A stretch of DNA of 64,000 bases from Planctomycetota bacterium (GCA_003696625.1 RFGR01000014.1:15730-79729); one strand, 5' to 3'; positions 1 to 9,849 are shown, numbered from the stretch's first letter. Notes: generated by a model not told the origin, from the letters alone. Program-made: numbers and translations.

Positions 1-1304
1 CCGGCCGCCAGGGCCAGGACCAGGTTCAGGCCGAGGTTCGGGAAGTAGGGTGCGGCCGGTTCCTGGGCCCGCTCGATCAGCTCGATGTAGGCCGGGTCGC
101 CGTCGAGGGCGAGGCGGACCTCGGCCAGTTGCAGGTCGAGGGTCTCGATCAGCCCGCGCAGGCGGGCGATCTCCTCGTCGTGCCGTTTCAGCCCGGCCTG
201 GAACTCCGGCAGGCGCCGCCACTCGGCCAGGGCCTGGTCGAGCTGCCGCTGGCGGGCGGCGCGTTCGACCTCCAGGCCGGCGGCCTCGATCTCCAGGTCG
301 ACCAGTCGCTTTTCGAACTCCTGCCGGAGCGGGTCGGCCTCGTAGCTGCGCGAGTCCTCGAGGATCTCCTCCTCGGCCGCGAGTTCGGCGCGGATGCTCT
401 CGACCCGCTGCTGCTGGGCCTTGACCGGCGGGTAGTCCGGGCGCTGCCGGGCCAGCATCGCCGCCAGGGCGGCTTCGGCCCGGCCCAGCTCGCCGCGCAG
501 CTCGGCCAGGCGCGGATTCAGCTTCTCGGTCCGGCCGGCCGGGACCATCTCCGGCCGGCTGTCGCGTTGGGCGCGGACCGTCTCGATCTCATCGGCGATC
601 GTGCCGGTCCGGATGTCGATCTGGGCCAGTTGGTCGCGCAGCTCCTGAATGGCGGCGCTGCGGGCCTTCAACTCCTCCTCGTAGTCGACCGCCTCGGCGG
701 CGGCGAGGAAGTCGAGCCGGTCCTGTTCGGCCGCCTCCAGCTCGGCCCGGCGGGCGGCGATCGCCGACTCCAGGACCCGCGCCCGCTGCCCGAGATCCCG
801 GCGCGTGGTCCGCCGCAGCTCCTCCTGGAGCTGGGCGACGAAGGTGTTGGCGATCTCGGCGGCCTGGGCCGGATTCGGGCTCCAGGCGGTGACGACCAAG
901 CGGTTGAAGGCGTCGACGTCGAAGTCGACCCGGTCCTCGAGATCGGCGGCCGACACCCCTTCGAGGGCGTTGGCGACCCGGACGCGCATCTCGGCGGTCT
1001 TCAGCAGGCCGAGCAGCGAAGCCTGCTGCTCGCTGTCGCCGGTCGGCAGCTTCGGGCCGCCGGGGAGGGCGGCCTCGTCCGAGGCGAGGCTGAAGCTCTC
1101 GACGCCGGCCGGTTGGAAGGCCCGGGCCTGGCTGCGATAGACCGGTTCCATCCGGCCGGTCAGCCACCAGGCGCCGAGCAGCGAGCCGGCGCAAACCAGC
1201 AGAACCACCGGCAGGCGCTGGAGGAGGAGCGGGTAGGGGCCGTCCGGTCGGGGCAACGGTTCAGAGGGGGCCGCCCGTAGCGGCGGCCGCTTGACCCGAC
1301 CCAT
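1..1304 (-). CDS. polysaccharide co-polymerase / chain-length determinant (Wzz/GumC-like); C-terminal part runs off the window
   Basis: Absent from the ORF track because there is no stop inside the window. My translation of the minus strand from ATG 1304..1302 gives MGRVKRPPLRAAPSEPLPRPDGPYPLLLQRLPVVLLVCAGSLLGAWWLTGRMEPVYRSQARAF... This is a short N-terminus and one TM helix, then more than 350 aa of E/R/A/L-rich coiled-coil-like sequence that stays open to position 1. The + ORF 129..1280 is its antisense shadow. It sits at the distal end of a glycosyltransferase operon. An alternative TTG start at 1256 would remove the 44-nt overlap with the upstream gene. Confidence 0.7.
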   Translation of the reverse strand, partial: MGRVKRPPLRAAPSEPLPRPDGPYPLLLQRLPVVLLVCAGSLLGAWWLTGRMEPVYRSQARAFQPAGVESFSLASDEAALPGGPKLPTGDSEQQASLLGLLKTAEMRVRVANALEGVSAADLEDRVDFDVDAFNRLVVTAWSPNPAQAAEIANTFVAQLQEELRRTTRRDLGQRARVLESAIAARRAELEAAEQDRLDFLAAAEAVDYEEELKARSAAIQELRDQLAQIDIRTGTIADEIETVRAQRDSRPEMVPAGRTEKLNPRLAELRGELGRAEAALAAMLARQRPDYPPVKAQQQRVESIRAELAAEEEILEDSRSYEADPLRQEFEKRLVDLEIEAAGLEVERAARQRQLDQALAEWRRLPEFQAGLKRHDEEIARLRGLIETLDLQLAEVRLALDGDPAYIELIERAQEPAAPYFPNLGLNLVLALAA

Positions 1305-2397
1305 TGTGGCCTCTCGGTCCTTGCGCGACCAGCCGCGCCGCCAGCTCGGCCAGCCCGTCGCGGAAGGCCTGCTCGGAGAAGCCGGCGGTGCCGGCCCGGA
1401 TCCGCTCCGGGTCGAACTCGAGCCGCTCGAAGCGGCGCAGCGCCTCGATCAGGGCGTCGGCCGTCTGGGCGGGGAAGTGGAGGCCGCTGACTCCGTCTTC
1501 GACGGTCTCGGCCGGACCGCCGCGGGCGAAGGCGATGACCGGTCGGCCGGCGGCCATCGCCTCGACCGGGGCGATGCCGAAGTCCTCCTCCGAAGGGAAG
1601 AGCAGCGCACGACAGCCGGCCATGAGTTCCGGCAGCTCCCGGTCGGGAACGAAGCCGAGGAACTCCACGGTCGGCCCCGCCAGCCGCCGCAGCTCGCCGA
1701 GCTGGGGGCCGCGGCCGGCCACCTTGAGCGGCAGGCCGAGGCGGCTGCAGGCGGCCACCGCCACGTCGATCCGCTTGTAGGACTCCAGCCTGGCCGCGGT
1801 CAGGAAGTAGTCGCCCGGCGGCCGCCGGCGGCCGGCCTCCAGGAACGGCCCGAGTCGGACCGGCGGGTAGAGCACCTCCGCCTCGCGCCGGTAGTGGCGG
1901 CGGACCGCCTCGGCGATGTAACGCGAACAGGCCACGTAGAGGTCGGGGACGTCGGCCCGGGCCTGATCCCAGCGGCGGATGCGTCGGATCAGCAGCCGCA
2001 GGAAGGGTCGGACCGGCGCCGGGTAGCCGGCCAGGAACTCCGCCTGCCGCTCGTAGGCGAACATCATCGGCCGGTAGATGTAGCAGAGGTGGGGCACGCC
2101 GGGCGGGGCGCGCAGGCTCTTCATCCACGACACCGAGCTGGTCACGAGCAGATCGATATCCGGCTCGACCCGCAGCCGATCCACCATGCCCGGGTAGAAG
2201 GGGAGCGGCCAGCGATAGCGGCTCGGCGGCACCAGCCCCTGCAGCCGGCTCGGGCGGACGTCCCAGTCCGCGGTCATTGGGTTGCGCTCGTCGAGCAGGG
2301 TGTAGACCGGAGCGTCGGGCCAGAGCCGGTGCATCTGTTCGAGCACCCGTTCGGCGCCGCCGTGGCGGATGAAGTCGTGGGCGATCGCGACCCTCAT
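1261..2397 (-). CDS. glycosyltransferase, GT-B fold (GT4-like)
   Basis: 378-aa ORF. The N-terminus MRVAIAHDFIRHGGAERV and the C-terminal FPSEEDFGIAPVEAMAAGRPVIA (E-x7-E region) are typical of GT4. The start overlaps the upstream stop by 4 nt. Confidence 0.9.
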   Translation of the reverse strand: MRVAIAHDFIRHGGAERVLEQMHRLWPDAPVYTLLDERNPMTADWDVRPSRLQGLVPPSRYRWPLPFYPGMVDRLRVEPDIDLLVTSSVSWMKSLRAPPGVPHLCYIYRPMMFAYERQAEFLAGYPAPVRPFLRLLIRRIRRWDQARADVPDLYVACSRYIAEAVRRHYRREAEVLYPPVRLGPFLEAGRRRPPGDYFLTAARLESYKRIDVAVAACSRLGLPLKVAGRGPQLGELRRLAGPTVEFLGFVPDRELPELMAGCRALLFPSEEDFGIAPVEAMAAGRPVIAFARGGPAETVEDGVSGLHFPAQTADALIEALRRFERLEFDPERIRAGTAGFSEQAFRDGLAELAARLVAQGPRGHNGSGQAAAATGGPL

Positions 2398-3365
2398 GCC
2401 GGCGCCGTCCTCGCTTCCCGGGCCCGCTCGGTCGCCATCCGCCAGCCGCGCAGGCGGCCGCGCCAGGACGGCAACAGGCCGCGCAGGCCGTGCAGGTGCC
2501 GGTGGGGCCGGAACAGACCGATCGCGGCGCCGGCCAGGGCCCAGGCCAGGCCGGGGCAGGGGAAGTTGCCGACCAGCAGGGCGAAGACCAGGTGGAGCCA
2601 GCCGGCCGGGCCGCGGCCCCAGTGTTTGAGAAGGACGAAGGTCTCGTTGGCGGCGTTGTTGGCCAGGGTCTCGGCGCCGGCCCGGGCGGTGTTGCCCCGG
2701 CGCGGCGCCTCGTGGTGGTCCACTTCCACCTCGGGGTCGAAGACCAGCCGGTAGCCGAGACGGGCGAGACCGAGGCAGGCGTCGAGTTCGAAGCGGAAGC
2801 CGTCGCCGAGCAGGCGTTCGTCGAAACCGCCGAGCCGCCGCAGCGGCTCCAGCCGCAGGCTCATGTTGGCGCCGCGGAAGTGGTCCACCCGCACCGGCCG
2901 GTCGCTGTGCCGGGTGCTCTGGTCCAGGATCAGGCCGGGGAAGATCACCCGGTTGCGGTGGCGCGCCGGTCGGCGCCGCGGCGTGCCGTCGACGACGTCG
3001 ATGGCCGGGCCGGCGACGCCGCCGATCAGTTCCTCGCGTTCATAGTGACGGGCCAGGTTCTCGAGCCAGAACGGCCGGGCGATCGCGTCGTCGTCGAGGA
3101 AGCAGGCGACGTCGCCGCCGGCCGCCGCCAGCAGGCGGTTCTCGGCGTGAACCACGCCCGGCTTTTCGATCACGACCCGGATCAGGGTCAGTTCGGGGTG
3201 GGCGGCGACGAAGTCGTCCACCGTCCGCACCCCCTCCGGGTCCTCCTGGACCCTCAGCCCGACCAGGATCTCGTCCGGCTGCCGGGTCTGCAGCGCCAGC
3301 GCCTCCAGGCAGCGGCGCAGGAGTTCCGGACGACGGAAGGTCGGGACGAGGACGGAGAACCTCAT
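2394..3365 (-). CDS. glycosyltransferase family 2 (GT-A fold)
   Basis: 323-aa ORF. MRFSVLVPTFRRPELLRRCLEALALQT plus FLDDDAI (DxD-type motif). 4-nt overlaps at both ends. Confidence 0.9.
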   Translation of the reverse strand: MRFSVLVPTFRRPELLRRCLEALALQTRQPDEILVGLRVQEDPEGVRTVDDFVAAHPELTLIRVVIEKPGVVHAENRLLAAAGGDVACFLDDDAIARPFWLENLARHYEREELIGGVAGPAIDVVDGTPRRRPARHRNRVIFPGLILDQSTRHSDRPVRVDHFRGANMSLRLEPLRRLGGFDERLLGDGFRFELDACLGLARLGYRLVFDPEVEVDHHEAPRRGNTARAGAETLANNAANETFVLLKHWGRGPAGWLHLVFALLVGNFPCPGLAWALAGAAIGLFRPHRHLHGLRGLLPSWRGRLRGWRMATERAREARTAPA

Positions 3366-4531
3366 CGGCGGTCGGCGGCATCGGCCAGGGCAAGACGGTA
3401 CACCTCCACGTGCGCCTCTGCACTGCGCCGCCAGGTGAAGCCGGCCGCCCGGCGGCGGCCGGCGGCACGCAGCCGTTCCCGCTCCGGCCCGGGCTCAGCG
3501 GCGCGTTCGAGGGCGGCGGCGATCGCCGCCGGATCGTCCGGTGGGGCGAGGAGGGCCGCGTCGCCGGCCACTTCGGGCAGCGAGCAGGCGTCGGCGGCGA
3601 CCACCGGCGCACCGCAGGCCATCGCTTCGAGCACCGGGATGCCGAAGCCCTCGAGTCGGGAGACGAGGGCGAAGGCGGCGCAGGAACCGTAGAGCAGCGG
3701 CACGTCCTCGTCGGCCACGTAGCCCAGCCGGACCACCCCGCGGTCGTCGCCGCGGGCGACGATCCGCCGCCACATCGGCTCGAACATCCAGCCCGGGCCG
3801 CCGGCCAGCACCAACGGCCTCTTGCAGCCCCGCCGGCGCAGGATCTGGTAGGCCGCGCACAACCCTTCGATGTTCTTGTTCGGCTGCAAGGTGCCGAGTT
3901 GGAGCAGATAGCCGGGCTCGAGGCCGAAGCGCCGGCGCAGGAGGTCGGCGTCGCGTTCCGGGTCGGCGGGCGGGCGCATTTCCGGTCCGACTCCGTGGTG
4001 GGCGACGTGGACCCGCTCCGGATCGGCGCCGAGCCGCTCGATCAGATCGCGGCGGGTGAACTCGGACACGGCCAGGATCCGATCGGCGGCGGCCACCGAC
4101 GGCGGCACGGTAGCCTCGAGTTCGGCCACCCACTGCGGCGGCAGGCCTTCCGGCGCCCGGCGGAAGGCGAGGTCGTGGACGGTCAGGACGCGGGCGGCCC
4201 GGCGGCAGCGGGGCAGGCGGTCGAAGGCGCCGTGGAACAGGTCGACCGGGCCGGCCAGCCGCTCGATCGGCCAGCCCAGGGCCCGGACCAGGCGCGGATG
4301 CCAGCGGCTGAGGACCGGCGCGTCGTGGCCGGCGAGTTCGAGCGCGCTGCGCATGCCGGCCAGGTGGCGCCGGCGGAAGAAGTGGAAGAAGGGTTGGAGC
4401 CGCCACTCCGCCGGCGCCACCGCCGGCAGGTGGCGGAGCAGCTCCAGGCAGTAGCGCCAGGCGCCGGCGCGGTGGTAGCCCTGCAGGGCCAGCGGCGTGG
4501 CCTCGACCAGGATCCGGGCGGCGGCGCTCAT
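3362..4531 (-). CDS. glycosyltransferase, GT4-like
   Basis: 389-aa ORF. SRLEGFGIPVLEAMACGAPVVAAD motif, in an operon with other GTs. Confidence 0.9.
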   Translation of the reverse strand: MSAAARILVEATPLALQGYHRAGAWRYCLELLRHLPAVAPAEWRLQPFFHFFRRRHLAGMRSALELAGHDAPVLSRWHPRLVRALGWPIERLAGPVDLFHGAFDRLPRCRRAARVLTVHDLAFRRAPEGLPPQWVAELEATVPPSVAAADRILAVSEFTRRDLIERLGADPERVHVAHHGVGPEMRPPADPERDADLLRRRFGLEPGYLLQLGTLQPNKNIEGLCAAYQILRRRGCKRPLVLAGGPGWMFEPMWRRIVARGDDRGVVRLGYVADEDVPLLYGSCAAFALVSRLEGFGIPVLEAMACGAPVVAADACSLPEVAGDAALLAPPDDPAAIAAALERAAEPGPERERLRAAGRRRAAGFTWRRSAEAHVEVYRLALADAADRR

Positions 4532-4536
4532 CGCGA

Positions 4537-5658
4537 TCAGGCCGGCAGGGCCAGGGCCCGGCGGTAGGCTTCCAGGGTGCCGCGGGCGCAGGCTTCCCAG
4601 GTGAAGGCGGCGGATCGGGCGAGGCCGGCGGCGCGGAGGTCCGCCCGCAGTTCCCGGTCCTCTTCGATCCGAAGTAGCAAGTCGGCCAGGCCTTCGGCGT
4701 CGTCGGCGTCGAACAGGCGAGCGGCCCCGCCCGCGACCTCGGGCAGAGCCCCCCGATCGGAGCAGAGCACCGGGGTCCCGGCCGCCATCGCCTCCAGGAC
4801 CGGCATGCCGAAGCCTTCGTAACGAGAGGGGAGGACCAGGGCGAGGGCCCCGGCCACCAGGCCGGGCAGAGCGGCATCCGGGACGAAGCCGAGGAAGCGG
4901 ACCCGCTCGGCCAGGACGGGATGCCGCTCGGCCGCCCGCCGGACGTCACGGCTGCCCCAGCCGGCCCGGCCGGCCACGTCGAGGCCGGTGCGGAGGCCCC
5001 GTTCCGCGGCCAGAGCCAAGGCCTCGAGCAGGACCGGCAGGTTCTTCTTCGGCTCCACCGAACCCAGGAACAGGAAGCGGTCGCCCTCCAGATCGCGTTC
5101 CTGCCCGGCTCGGCGGAAGCGCTCATCGACGCCGAGAGGCACCACCGCCGTCCGGCCGGGCGGAACCGAGCAGGTTCGGACGAGATCGTCGCGGGCGAAG
5201 GCGCTGTCGCAGATCCAATAGCAGGCTCGCTCCAGGGCCGCCTCTAGACCGCGCTGGAGCCGGGCGGCCCACTCCGGGGCCAGGAACTGCGGATGGTGCA
5301 GGAACATGAGGTCGTGGCAGGTCAGGACCAGGCGGGCCCGGCCCGGGAACGGCCAGACCGGTTCCGGCGCGTGGACCAGATCGTGCGGGCCGGTGAACCA
5401 CTCCGCTCGGGCGCCGAGGCGCCCGCAGGCCTCGAGCCAGCGGGGGCTGGCCCACCAGTGCCGCAGGTTGGCGCCCCGACGCCGGAACTCCTGCATCCGC
5501 CCCACCCTCCGGGGATGGAGGAAGGCGCTGAAGATCAGGATCTCCTCCTCCGGCCCGGTCTCGGCGAGCAAAGCCGGCACGAGCTGGCGCCAATAGGACT
5601 GGACTCCTCCCAGGTCTTCGCCGCGGGCGAGGTGCCAGCCTTCGAGAAGGATCTTCAC
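4537..5658 (-). CDS. glycosyltransferase, GT4-like
   Basis: C-terminal 373 aa of track ORF 4537..6363. The start is set at GTG 5658 (VKILLEGWHLARGEDLGGVQSY...), which overlaps the upstream TGA as GTGA. SRYEGFGMPVLEAMAAGTPVLCSD motif. The upstream 235 aa of the ORF are Arg/Pro/Gly-rich shadow. Confidence 0.85.
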   Translation of the reverse strand: MKILLEGWHLARGEDLGGVQSYWRQLVPALLAETGPEEEILIFSAFLHPRRVGRMQEFRRRGANLRHWWASPRWLEACGRLGARAEWFTGPHDLVHAPEPVWPFPGRARLVLTCHDLMFLHHPQFLAPEWAARLQRGLEAALERACYWICDSAFARDDLVRTCSVPPGRTAVVPLGVDERFRRAGQERDLEGDRFLFLGSVEPKKNLPVLLEALALAAERGLRTGLDVAGRAGWGSRDVRRAAERHPVLAERVRFLGFVPDAALPGLVAGALALVLPSRYEGFGMPVLEAMAAGTPVLCSDRGALPEVAGGAARLFDADDAEGLADLLLRIEEDRELRADLRAAGLARSAAFTWEACARGTLEAYRRALALPA

Positions 5659-6836
5659 GCCAGGAGTTCTCGGTAGGTCGCGAGGACGGCATCGAAGTGG
5701 GCCGCCGGGTCGCAATTCTGGCGGATCCAGGCGTTCAGGGCGGCCCCGCGCTCGGCGCAGGAGGCCGGATCGGCCGCCGCCGCGCCGAGAACCTCGGCCA
5801 GGGCGCCGGGATCCTCGGGGGGGAAGGTCCAGCCCCGATCCGGCGGCGCCAGGATCTCGGGTGCTCCGCCGAGGTGGGTGGCGGCGCCGGGGCGGCCGAG
5901 GGCGCCGCCCTCGAGCAGGACGAAGGGGGAGTTCTCCGGCACCCGGGAGGGCAGAACGACCAGATGGCAGCGCCGGAAGGCCTCCTGCATCCGCTCCCGC
6001 CCCAGACGGCCCAGGAAGCGGACCCGCTCCGCCAAACCGAGGGTTCTCGAGGTCTGAAACAAGTCTTGGAGCTGGTCTCCTTCGCCGGCGACCTCCAGAG
6101 TGGCTTCCGATGGACCGGCAGCCAGGGCTTCGAGGAGCAGGTCCAGGCCCTTCGACCGGTAGAGGCTGCCGGCGAAGAGGAGGCGGAGCGGCCCCGGGGG
6201 AGCCGGCCTGGGGTCGAAGGCCGGGACCGGCAGGCGGAGGAGCCTGGCCTTGCCGGGAGGGAAGGGCAGGGCATCCAAGAGGGCCTGGGAAGGGCAGAGG
6301 AAGACGTCCACCATCTCCATCAGGCGCCGCCGAGACGAGGCGAGCGAGACCCGGTCCAGCCACCGGCGGATCGGACCGGTCGGTCCGGAACGATCGAGAC
6401 CGAAGGGGTTGGGGTCCAGGAGGCCGAAGTCGTGGACCGTCATCACTACCGGCAGCCCGGACGAGGCCAGGACTGGAGTCACCGTGGCCCGGAACGGGGT
6501 CCAGTTCTGGAGGTGGACGAGATCCGGCCGGATCCGGTCGATCCAGGAACGCAGCTCCCGGGCGAGAGGGCGGTGGAAGGCATGGAAATCCAAGCGCCTC
6601 CGCAGAGCGCTCCGGGCCCAGGGATACCGCCAGGCGCGTTCTCGCGGGGCCCAGCCGGGCGCTTCATCCAGGCAGAACAGGGCGTTCTCGTGCCCCAGCT
6701 CCTGGAGACGATCCAACAATAGGCGGAGATAGCGCGTGGCGCCCCCGCGGATCCGGGGGGAGTCGTGGAGGTGGAGGATCTTCACGGCGGCCCCGTCGCG
6801 CGGAATAGCTTGCCCGACCGGCGGCGAAGGATCCAA
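5655..6836 (-). CDS. glycosyltransferase, GT4-like (first gene of the EPS operon)
   Basis: 393-aa ORF. VKILHLHDSPRIRGGATRYLRLLL is a GT4-type N-terminus. The codon at 6836 is TTG. The GTG at 6785 (VKILHL) is an equally plausible start. Confidence 0.85.
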   Translation of the reverse strand: MDPSPPVGQAIPRDGAAVKILHLHDSPRIRGGATRYLRLLLDRLQELGHENALFCLDEAPGWAPRERAWRYPWARSALRRRLDFHAFHRPLARELRSWIDRIRPDLVHLQNWTPFRATVTPVLASSGLPVVMTVHDFGLLDPNPFGLDRSGPTGPIRRWLDRVSLASSRRRLMEMVDVFLCPSQALLDALPFPPGKARLLRLPVPAFDPRPAPPGPLRLLFAGSLYRSKGLDLLLEALAAGPSEATLEVAGEGDQLQDLFQTSRTLGLAERVRFLGRLGRERMQEAFRRCHLVVLPSRVPENSPFVLLEGGALGRPGAATHLGGAPEILAPPDRGWTFPPEDPGALAEVLGAAAADPASCAERGAALNAWIRQNCDPAAHFDAVLATYRELLA

Positions 6837-7280
6837 TCCAGCGCGAAAAAGCAGACAAAAAGACCTAAGTGCCTTTTTAGTAAAGGTTTACATTATCTTC
6901 TCAGCCGCAGGGAGAATGTCCATCGCCGCTCTACCGAACCGAAAAATCCGGCCTCATCCTTGCTGAGAGGTGGTTTTTTAGGAAGTTGGTATTTCTGCCG
7001 GCCGTTCTTGGTTTTCGGGAAAACCGCCGGCCTCCCTGCCGATCCCCTATGCCAAGGACGCCGATCCTGCTGGACCGGGAATCCCGCAAAAGAGGGTTGC
7101 CCGCATCCAGGAATCCGGCACAATGTTCCGCCAAAATTCGCCGGGCCACCCGGCTCGGCGGATTGGAACCCAAAGGACCCCGCCGCTTCCGGGAGGAGCC
7201 GGAAGGGCGGGCGCATCAGCCCGCTCGGCGGGTCAACCCCACGCCCCGATCCCGGGGCTCCCTAGGAGGACATTCAGGAG
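6837..7280. promoter_or_regulatory. AT-rich divergent intergenic region (EPS operon <-> outer-membrane protein gene)
   Basis: 444 bp with no convincing ORF. 6845..7020 is strikingly AT-rich for this sequence (gaaaaagcagacaaaaagacctaagtgcctttttagtaaaggtttacattatcttc...). It contains small hairpins (CCTTT-ttagt-AAAGG near 6872; GGTTTT-cggg-AAAACC 7010..7025) and AGGAGGA 7264..7270 upstream of ATG 7281. Confidence 0.5.
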
Positions 7281-8585
7281 ATGAAGGTGCGCTTGCTTCC
7301 CCTGGCGGCTGTCGCCGCCATCGCCATGGGTGCGCAGGGCTTCGCCCAGCAAGCCCAGGGCGACGACCTGGATCGCGCTCTGGCCGATCTGAACTCCCCG
7401 CTCACCGCGCCGCTGCCGGGCACCGTCGACGCCCCGCAGTCGAACAGCGTGAGCTTCTCCGGCTATGCCCGGGCCCGCAACACCTGGCTCAACCCGGCCG
7501 GGATGGCTTCCAACCAAAAGGCCATCGACGTCCGGATCGTGCTGAACGTGGGCTTCGAGGTCACGCCGAACAGCCGGGCCTTCCTGAGCTTCAACGGCGC
7601 CGAAGGCTGGGGCACCATCAACGCCTCGGCTCCGACGCAGATGAACCAGCCCGGTGCGAACAACCCGACCAACGCCGCCGACACCGGCAGCCTCGAACAG
7701 GCCTGGTTCCAGGCCGACGACCTGGTCGGCGACGGCGGCACCGCCACGATCGGCCGCAAGTTCTTCACCGTCGGCTCGGGCCGCATCGTCGGCACCGACG
7801 AGTGGGATCAGATGCCCCACGCCTACTCGGGCATCTGGTACGCCAACGGGATGGATGACTGGAACCTCAACCTGTTCATGGTCCAGGACATCTTCTTCGG
7901 CATGGCCGACGGCGGCTTCGGTAACGGCGACATCGACCTCTACGGCTTCTCCTTCGACTACCACCTGAAGGACCTGCCGGCCCTGGGCGATGTGAACCTC
8001 ACCCCGTACATCCTGCGGATGTCGGACCGCAACACCCTGACCGCGGCCAACTACAAGAACTGGTACGGCGCCGCTCTCGACGGCAACCTGCCGGTCGCCG
8101 GCATGAGCTACGACGCCGAGCTGGTCTGGGCCCGCGACAACGCCATGTCGACCACCGACAGCGCCTGGGCCGTCAACCTGGCGCTCGACCTCGAGCAGAT
8201 GATCGGTGAGATGCCGGAGTCCCTCAGCCCGACCCTCGAGCTGGGGATGGCCTCGGCCGAGAACTCGGTCGTCATCAACCCGTCCTACCACAACTCCGCC
8301 GGCCTCTACGACCTGCTCGGTCGCGGCGGGGTCTGGGGCGGCGCGGCCGACACCTGGCAGGCCCATCTCGGCATCACCCCGATGGAAGGCTGGGACGGCA
8401 GCATCGGCTACATCCACTTCGACCAGAACAACAACTCCGGCATCGACGGCTGGGAGCTGGACGTCGAAGTGGGCACCGAGCTCTCCGGCAACGTCCAGGC
8501 CTGGCTCGGTTGGGCCATGGTCGACCAGAACCCGAACTCCTCCAAGGACTACGTGGTCTACGGTCAGCTCGGCCTGCCCTTCTAG
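7281..8585 (+). CDS. outer-membrane beta-barrel (porin-like) protein
   Basis: 434-aa ORF. Signal peptide MKVRLLPLAAVAAIAMGAQGFAQQ. Alternating amphipathic Gly/Tyr/Asn/Asp-rich strands throughout. The C-terminus ...VVYGQLGLPF ends in Phe, as in OMP sorting signals. Confidence 0.75.
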   Translation: MKVRLLPLAAVAAIAMGAQGFAQQAQGDDLDRALADLNSPLTAPLPGTVDAPQSNSVSFSGYARARNTWLNPAGMASNQKAIDVRIVLNVGFEVTPNSRAFLSFNGAEGWGTINASAPTQMNQPGANNPTNAADTGSLEQAWFQADDLVGDGGTATIGRKFFTVGSGRIVGTDEWDQMPHAYSGIWYANGMDDWNLNLFMVQDIFFGMADGGFGNGDIDLYGFSFDYHLKDLPALGDVNLTPYILRMSDRNTLTAANYKNWYGAALDGNLPVAGMSYDAELVWARDNAMSTTDSAWAVNLALDLEQMIGEMPESLSPTLELGMASAENSVVINPSYHNSAGLYDLLGRGGVWGGAADTWQAHLGITPMEGWDGSIGYIHFDQNNNSGIDGWELDVEVGTELSGNVQAWLGWAMVDQNPNSSKDYVVYGQLGLPF

Positions 8586-8608
8586 GGTCTAGCAAGTTCG
8601 CGCTTCGG

Positions 8609-8642
8609 CCGGGGCCGCCGCAGGGCGGCCCCGGCTCTTTTT
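8609..8642. terminator. rho-independent terminator between convergent genes
   Basis: Perfect 11-bp stem CCGGGGCCGCC (8609..8619) / GGCGGCCCCGG (8624..8634), loop GCAG, then CTCTTTTT. It lies between the stop at 8585 (+) and the stop at 8644 (-). Confidence 0.8.
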
Positions 8643-8643
8643 C

Positions 8644-9849
8644 TCAAGGCAGGAGATCGACCAGCCAGGGTAGGGAGGAAAAGGAGAAGCGACCGCCGGC
8701 CGGGTCGCGGGCGACGAGCACGAACGCCACCTGGCGGCCGGCGTAGCCGGCCGGAAGCGGGCCGCCGGTGTCGAGAACGGCGGTGGCGGCGCCGGCCGGA
8801 TCGAGGACCCCGCTGAAGCCAGCCAGCATCGAGTTGCCGCCGGCCAGGACCCAGTCGGTGAGTCCGTCGGGATTGAGACCGAGGTGGACCTGGTCGTCCA
8901 CCAGCGGCCCGCCCAGGTCGTAGCCGGGTTCGGTCCCGGACCAGCCCATCAGAATCCAGTATTCGTGCCCGGCCAGGGTGGGGTCGGTGGCGGCCTGGAA
9001 ATCGATCCGGCCGCCGGTGGCGACGCTCACCGACTCGGCGCTGCCGAGAAACGGCGCCGGCTCGCCGGCGAGGATCTCCGGAACGGTGAAGCGGGAGAGA
9101 CCGGCCGGATCGAGCGCCTGGAGGAAGTCGAGCCAGTCCAGATACTGGGCCCGGTCGTCGGCGTAGTCCTGGACGTGGAAGGTGAAGCCGAAGGTGGACG
9201 GGGCGCTGGTCGCCAGGTAGAGCCCCTTGAGGGCGCTGAGCTGAGCCGGGTCGAAGGCGCCGAGGTAGGCGTGGTCGATGAACCAGACCCCGTAGGAGTT
9301 GACGACCCGGAAATAGGGCAGGCTGACGGCGCAGCCGACCGCCCGGCAGCCGTCGGTCCCCCAGGGCATGCCGTAGGGCTCTTCATAGACGATCGAGTCG
9401 TCGAGACCCCCGAACCGGACGCGGCCGCCGGGAATCCCGACCAGGTCGGCCATCCGGTCCATCAACGCCTTGAAGTCGGCCATGGTGCCGCGGTACGGAT
9501 CGGCGGTCGGCGGCGGGGTGAAGCTGCCCGGCTCGAGGTCGGTGAAGCCGTCCCAGTACGGATGGGTGACGTCGTGGTGATGGGCTCCCAGCGCGTGGCC
9601 GGCCGCCAGCCAGGCCGCCACCTCGGCCTGTTTGTTCGGGTCGGCGATCACCGCGTCGGCCCACGCGGAGCCGAATTCCAGACTGACCTTGACCTGCCGG
9701 GCGGAGGCCTCGGCGATGAAATCCGCCAGTTGGGACCAGTTCGCCGGGGTGTACTCCTGCTGGTCGCAGTGGACGACCTGGAAGGTCCGGGGCAGGGGCC
9801 CTCCCTGGGCCGGGAGGAGGAGGGGGAGGATGAGCGAGGGGAAGAGCAT
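8644..9849 (-). CDS. secreted hypothetical protein with a shared C-terminal beta-rich module
   Basis: 401-aa ORF. Short uncharged signal peptide MLFPSLILPLLLPAQ. The N-terminal domain has a His cluster (HALGAHHHDVTHPYWDG). The C-terminal ~110 aa resemble the C-termini of the genes at 38386 and 46368. Confidence 0.7.
   Translation of the reverse strand: MLFPSLILPLLLPAQGGPLPRTFQVVHCDQQEYTPANWSQLADFIAEASARQVKVSLEFGSAWADAVIADPNKQAEVAAWLAAGHALGAHHHDVTHPYWDGFTDLEPGSFTPPPTADPYRGTMADFKALMDRMADLVGIPGGRVRFGGLDDSIVYEEPYGMPWGTDGCRAVGCAVSLPYFRVVNSYGVWFIDHAYLGAFDPAQLSALKGLYLATSAPSTFGFTFHVQDYADDRAQYLDWLDFLQALDPAGLSRFTVPEILAGEPAPFLGSAESVSVATGGRIDFQAATDPTLAGHEYWILMGWSGTEPGYDLGGPLVDDQVHLGLNPDGLTDWVLAGGNSMLAGFSGVLDPAGAATAVLDTGGPLPAGYAGRQVAFVLVARDPAGGRFSFSSLPWLVDLLP

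Noticed and set aside
6985-7000. Sigma-54-like promoter (TGGTATTTCTGC) in the AT-rich spacer.
   Set aside because: The GG and GC dinucleotides are 9 nt apart instead of the 12-nt register of TGGCAC-N5-TTGC.
7281-8585. The outer-membrane barrel as the porin component of a porin-cytochrome electron conduit with the 16-haem cytochrome.
   Set aside because: The genes are 23 kb apart, in different transcription units, and the barrel gene is paired with the EPS operon.
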